Assembly: GCF_001735745.1 (NCBI RefSeq)
Contig: NZ_CP017260.1
Location: forward strand, 2,310,001-2,342,000
Length of the DNA: 32,000 bases
DNA from: Formosa sp. Hel1_33_131
GTDB taxonomy: Bacteria > Bacteroidota > Bacteroidia > Flavobacteriales > Flavobacteriaceae
Direction of reading: 5' to 3'
In this document: positions 29,885-32,000 of the stretch, piece by piece
Numbering within the stretch: position 1 is the first letter of the stretch
How the letters are laid out: every line of letters begins with the position of its first letter
The notes under the pieces: generated by a model
What the model saw: the letters and a program-made list of their open reading frames with translations, nothing else
The model's database searches: none
What the model was told of the DNA's origin: nothing
Made by a program: the position numbers and the translations under genes

Positions 29885-31021
29885 ATGAATATAGGCATTG
29901 TGTGTTACCCAACCTTTGGAGGAAGTGGTGTTTTGGCAACCGAATTGGGTTTAGAATTATCTCGCAAAGGACATGAGATACATTTCATTACGTACAGTCA
30001 ACCTGTACGCTTGGAATTATTGAGTTCCAATGTACATTTTCACGAAGTCAACGTGCCAGAATACCCGCTGTTTCATTACCAGCCTTATGAGTTGGCGTTG
30101 TCAAGTAAACTAGTGGATATGGTCAAAGTTCATAAAATTGATGTTTTGCATGTGCACTACGCTATTCCGCATGCCTATGCCGCCTATATGGCTAAAAAAA
30201 TGCTTCACGAAGAAGGCATTGATGTCCCAATTGTTACTACTTTGCACGGCACCGATATTACCTTAGTAGGAAGCCATCCTTTTTATAAAACGGCGGTAAC
30301 GTTTAGCATCAATAAATCAGATGCGGTGACCTCTGTGTCTCAAAATTTAAAAGAAGATACCCAACGATTATTTAACACCAAAAAAGAGATTAAAGTCGTT
30401 CCGAATTTTATCGATATAGATAAATATAAAAACACTTATAAAGACTGTGATCGGGATCTTTTGGCACTTCCTGAGGAACGTGTGATTACCCATGTGAGTA
30501 ATTTTAGACCTGTCAAACGCATTGCAGATGTGATTGAAATTTTCTATAGAATTCAAAAAGAACTTCCTGCAAAATTAATGATGGTAGGCGAGGGGCCTGA
30601 GCGGAAGGAAGCCGAACTGCTTTGTGAAACGTACAAAATAGAAGATAAAGTTGTGTTTTTAGGCAACAGTAGTGAAGTGGATAAAATCTTGTGTTTTAGT
30701 GATTTATTTTTATTGCCCTCCCAAACGGAGAGTTTTGGATTGGCGGCTTTAGAAGCCATGGCTTCTGGAGTTCCTGTGATTTCAAGTAATTCTGGAGGCA
30801 TTCCAGAAGTGAACATTCAAGGGGTTTCTGGATTTTTAAGTCCCGTAGGTGCCATTGATGAAATGGCTCAAAACGCACTAAAAATTCTTAAAGAGGACGC
30901 TGTTTTAGATGTATTTAAAAAAGGGGCACAAGCCACGGCGACTAAATTTGATATTCACAAAATTGTTCCTTTTTACGAAGCTATTTATGAAGAAGCGCTC
31001 CAAAACTGCATTTCAATTTAA
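29885..31021 (+). CDS. bshA: N-acetyl-alpha-D-glucosaminyl L-malate synthase (bacillithiol biosynthesis GT4 glycosyltransferase)
   Basis: 378 aa. Contains the N-terminal GIVCYPTFGGSGVLATELG motif and the GT4 E-x7-E region SQTESFGLAALEAMASGVPVI. It starts 2 nt after the GH3 stop. Confidence 0.8.
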   Translation: MNIGIVCYPTFGGSGVLATELGLELSRKGHEIHFITYSQPVRLELLSSNVHFHEVNVPEYPLFHYQPYELALSSKLVDMVKVHKIDVLHVHYAIPHAYAAYMAKKMLHEEGIDVPIVTTLHGTDITLVGSHPFYKTAVTFSINKSDAVTSVSQNLKEDTQRLFNTKKEIKVVPNFIDIDKYKNTYKDCDRDLLALPEERVITHVSNFRPVKRIADVIEIFYRIQKELPAKLMMVGEGPERKEAELLCETYKIEDKVVFLGNSSEVDKILCFSDLFLLPSQTESFGLAALEAMASGVPVISSNSGGIPEVNIQGVSGFLSPVGAIDEMAQNALKILKEDAVLDVFKKGAQATATKFDIHKIVPFYEAIYEEALQNCISI

Positions 31022-31115
31022 TTCGTAAAAAGATTCGACACTTAGTAGCGTTGGAATTTTTGTTTTTATAATAATACAATTACTTTTACATTCTAAAAGA
31101 CTTAAGGACTAGTAT

Positions 31116-32000
31116 ATGGCAGGGAATGCATTTGGATCGATTTTTAAACTGACAACTTTTGGGGAATCTCATGGAACTGCTATTGGCGGTGTGATTGATG
31201 GATGCCCTGCGGGAATTACAATTAATTTTGAAGCGATTCAGCTTGAAATGGACCGTCGGAAACCCGGACAATCCAACATTGTGACCCAACGAAAAGAACC
31301 GGATACCGTTAAGTTTTTATCTGGAATTTTTGAAGGGATTACTACTGGTACACCTATTGGATTTATCATTGAAAATGCCAATCAAAAATCGAATGATTAT
31401 ACACATATAAAAGACGTGTTTCGTCCGAGTCATGCCGATTATACGTACACCGAAAAATACGGTCAACGCGATTATAGAGGTGGTGGACGCAGTTCGGCAA
31501 GAGAGACAGCCTGTCGCGTGGTGGCAGGAGCCATTGCAAAACAATTTCTCAAAACAATTGAAATAAACGCATATACGTCTTCTGTTGGAGACATAGCACT
31601 TAACAAATCTTATAAAGATTTAGATTTAGCCAATGCTGAAACAAACGACGTTCGTTGTCCAGATTCAGAAGTGGCTGCAGAAATGATTTCCAAAATAAAA
31701 GCCATTCGTAAAGAAGGTGATACTATTGGAGGCGTGATTTCTTGTGTGATAAAAAATGTACCCGTAGGCTTAGGGGAACCCGTGTTTGACCGTTTGCATG
31801 CACAGTTAGGAAAAGCGATGCTTTCCATTAATGCGGTGAAAGGATTTCAATACGGTAGTGGATTTGAAGGGACGCAACTCAAAGGAAGTCAGCATAACGA
31901 TGCTTTTAATGCTGATGGCTCTACCAAAACAAATTTATCGGGTGGCATTCAAGGCGGAATAAGTAATGGGATGGACATCTATTTTGATGTGGCTTTTAAG
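31116..32000 (+). CDS. aroC: Chorismate synthase (3' end outside window)
   Basis: This ORF is absent from the track because it has no stop within the window. ATG at 31116 gives [33 protein letters not shown]...[10 protein letters not shown]...[11 protein letters not shown], the classic AroC motifs. The frame stays open for 295 codons to base 32000. Confidence 0.9.
   Translation, partial: MAGNAFGSIFKLTTFGESHGTAIGGVIDGCPAGITINFEAIQLEMDRRKPGQSNIVTQRKEPDTVKFLSGIFEGITTGTPIGFIIENANQKSNDYTHIKDVFRPSHADYTYTEKYGQRDYRGGGRSSARETACRVVAGAIAKQFLKTIEINAYTSSVGDIALNKSYKDLDLANAETNDVRCPDSEVAAEMISKIKAIRKEGDTIGGVISCVIKNVPVGLGEPVFDRLHAQLGKAMLSINAVKGFQYGSGFEGTQLKGSQHNDAFNADGSTKTNLSGGIQGGISNGMDIYFDVAFK

Noticed and set aside
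31086-31828. Three minus-strand ORFs (31086-31289, 31317-31544, 31610-31828) listed in the ORF track
   Set aside because: They are antisense to an unmistakable plus-strand chorismate synthase ORF (31116 to the window end). The track omitted that ORF only because it has no stop inside the window.

Overview
This is an AT-rich chromosomal segment that looks like a Flavobacteriia (Bacteroidota) genome. Supporting signs are a T9SS C-terminal sorting domain, -33 TTTG / -7 TAnnTTT promoter architecture, a GH3/beta-lactamase fusion and bshA. Most of the window is ordinary housekeeping. It holds the tamB 3' end, pfkA-gap, a sugar-kinase-like ATPase, RidA, an LptD-like protein, an amidase and a MlaD/Fe-S operon. 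It also holds ogt, katG, a GH3-serine hydrolase, bshA and the aroC 5' part. I found no rRNA, tRNA, CRISPR array, integrase, transposase or recognisable defence or toxin-antitoxin genes. The most unusual signal is non-coding. Four same-orientation copies of a homologous cassette sit in the four longest intergenic gaps on the minus strand. Each cassette has a Bacteroidetes-type promoter followed by a conserved 29-nt leader, CAGACTTAGACC(C/T)CAAATCTGA(T/C)TCTTCA. Each lies 100-270 nt upstream of a gene for a signal-peptide protein: SIMPL-ogt, a TlpA-like redoxin, a TPR protein and a BNR/T9SS protein. Two copies share a further 35-nt block that is identical. Secondary observations are nested REP/MITE-like hairpin repeats, a very AT-rich islet of three secreted hypothetical proteins, a Cys-tailed DUF6428 gene next to katG, and a split membrane HdrD/DsrMK-like Fe-S pair interrupted by a small HAD gene. 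All product calls rest on motif recognition in the supplied translations. No searches were run.
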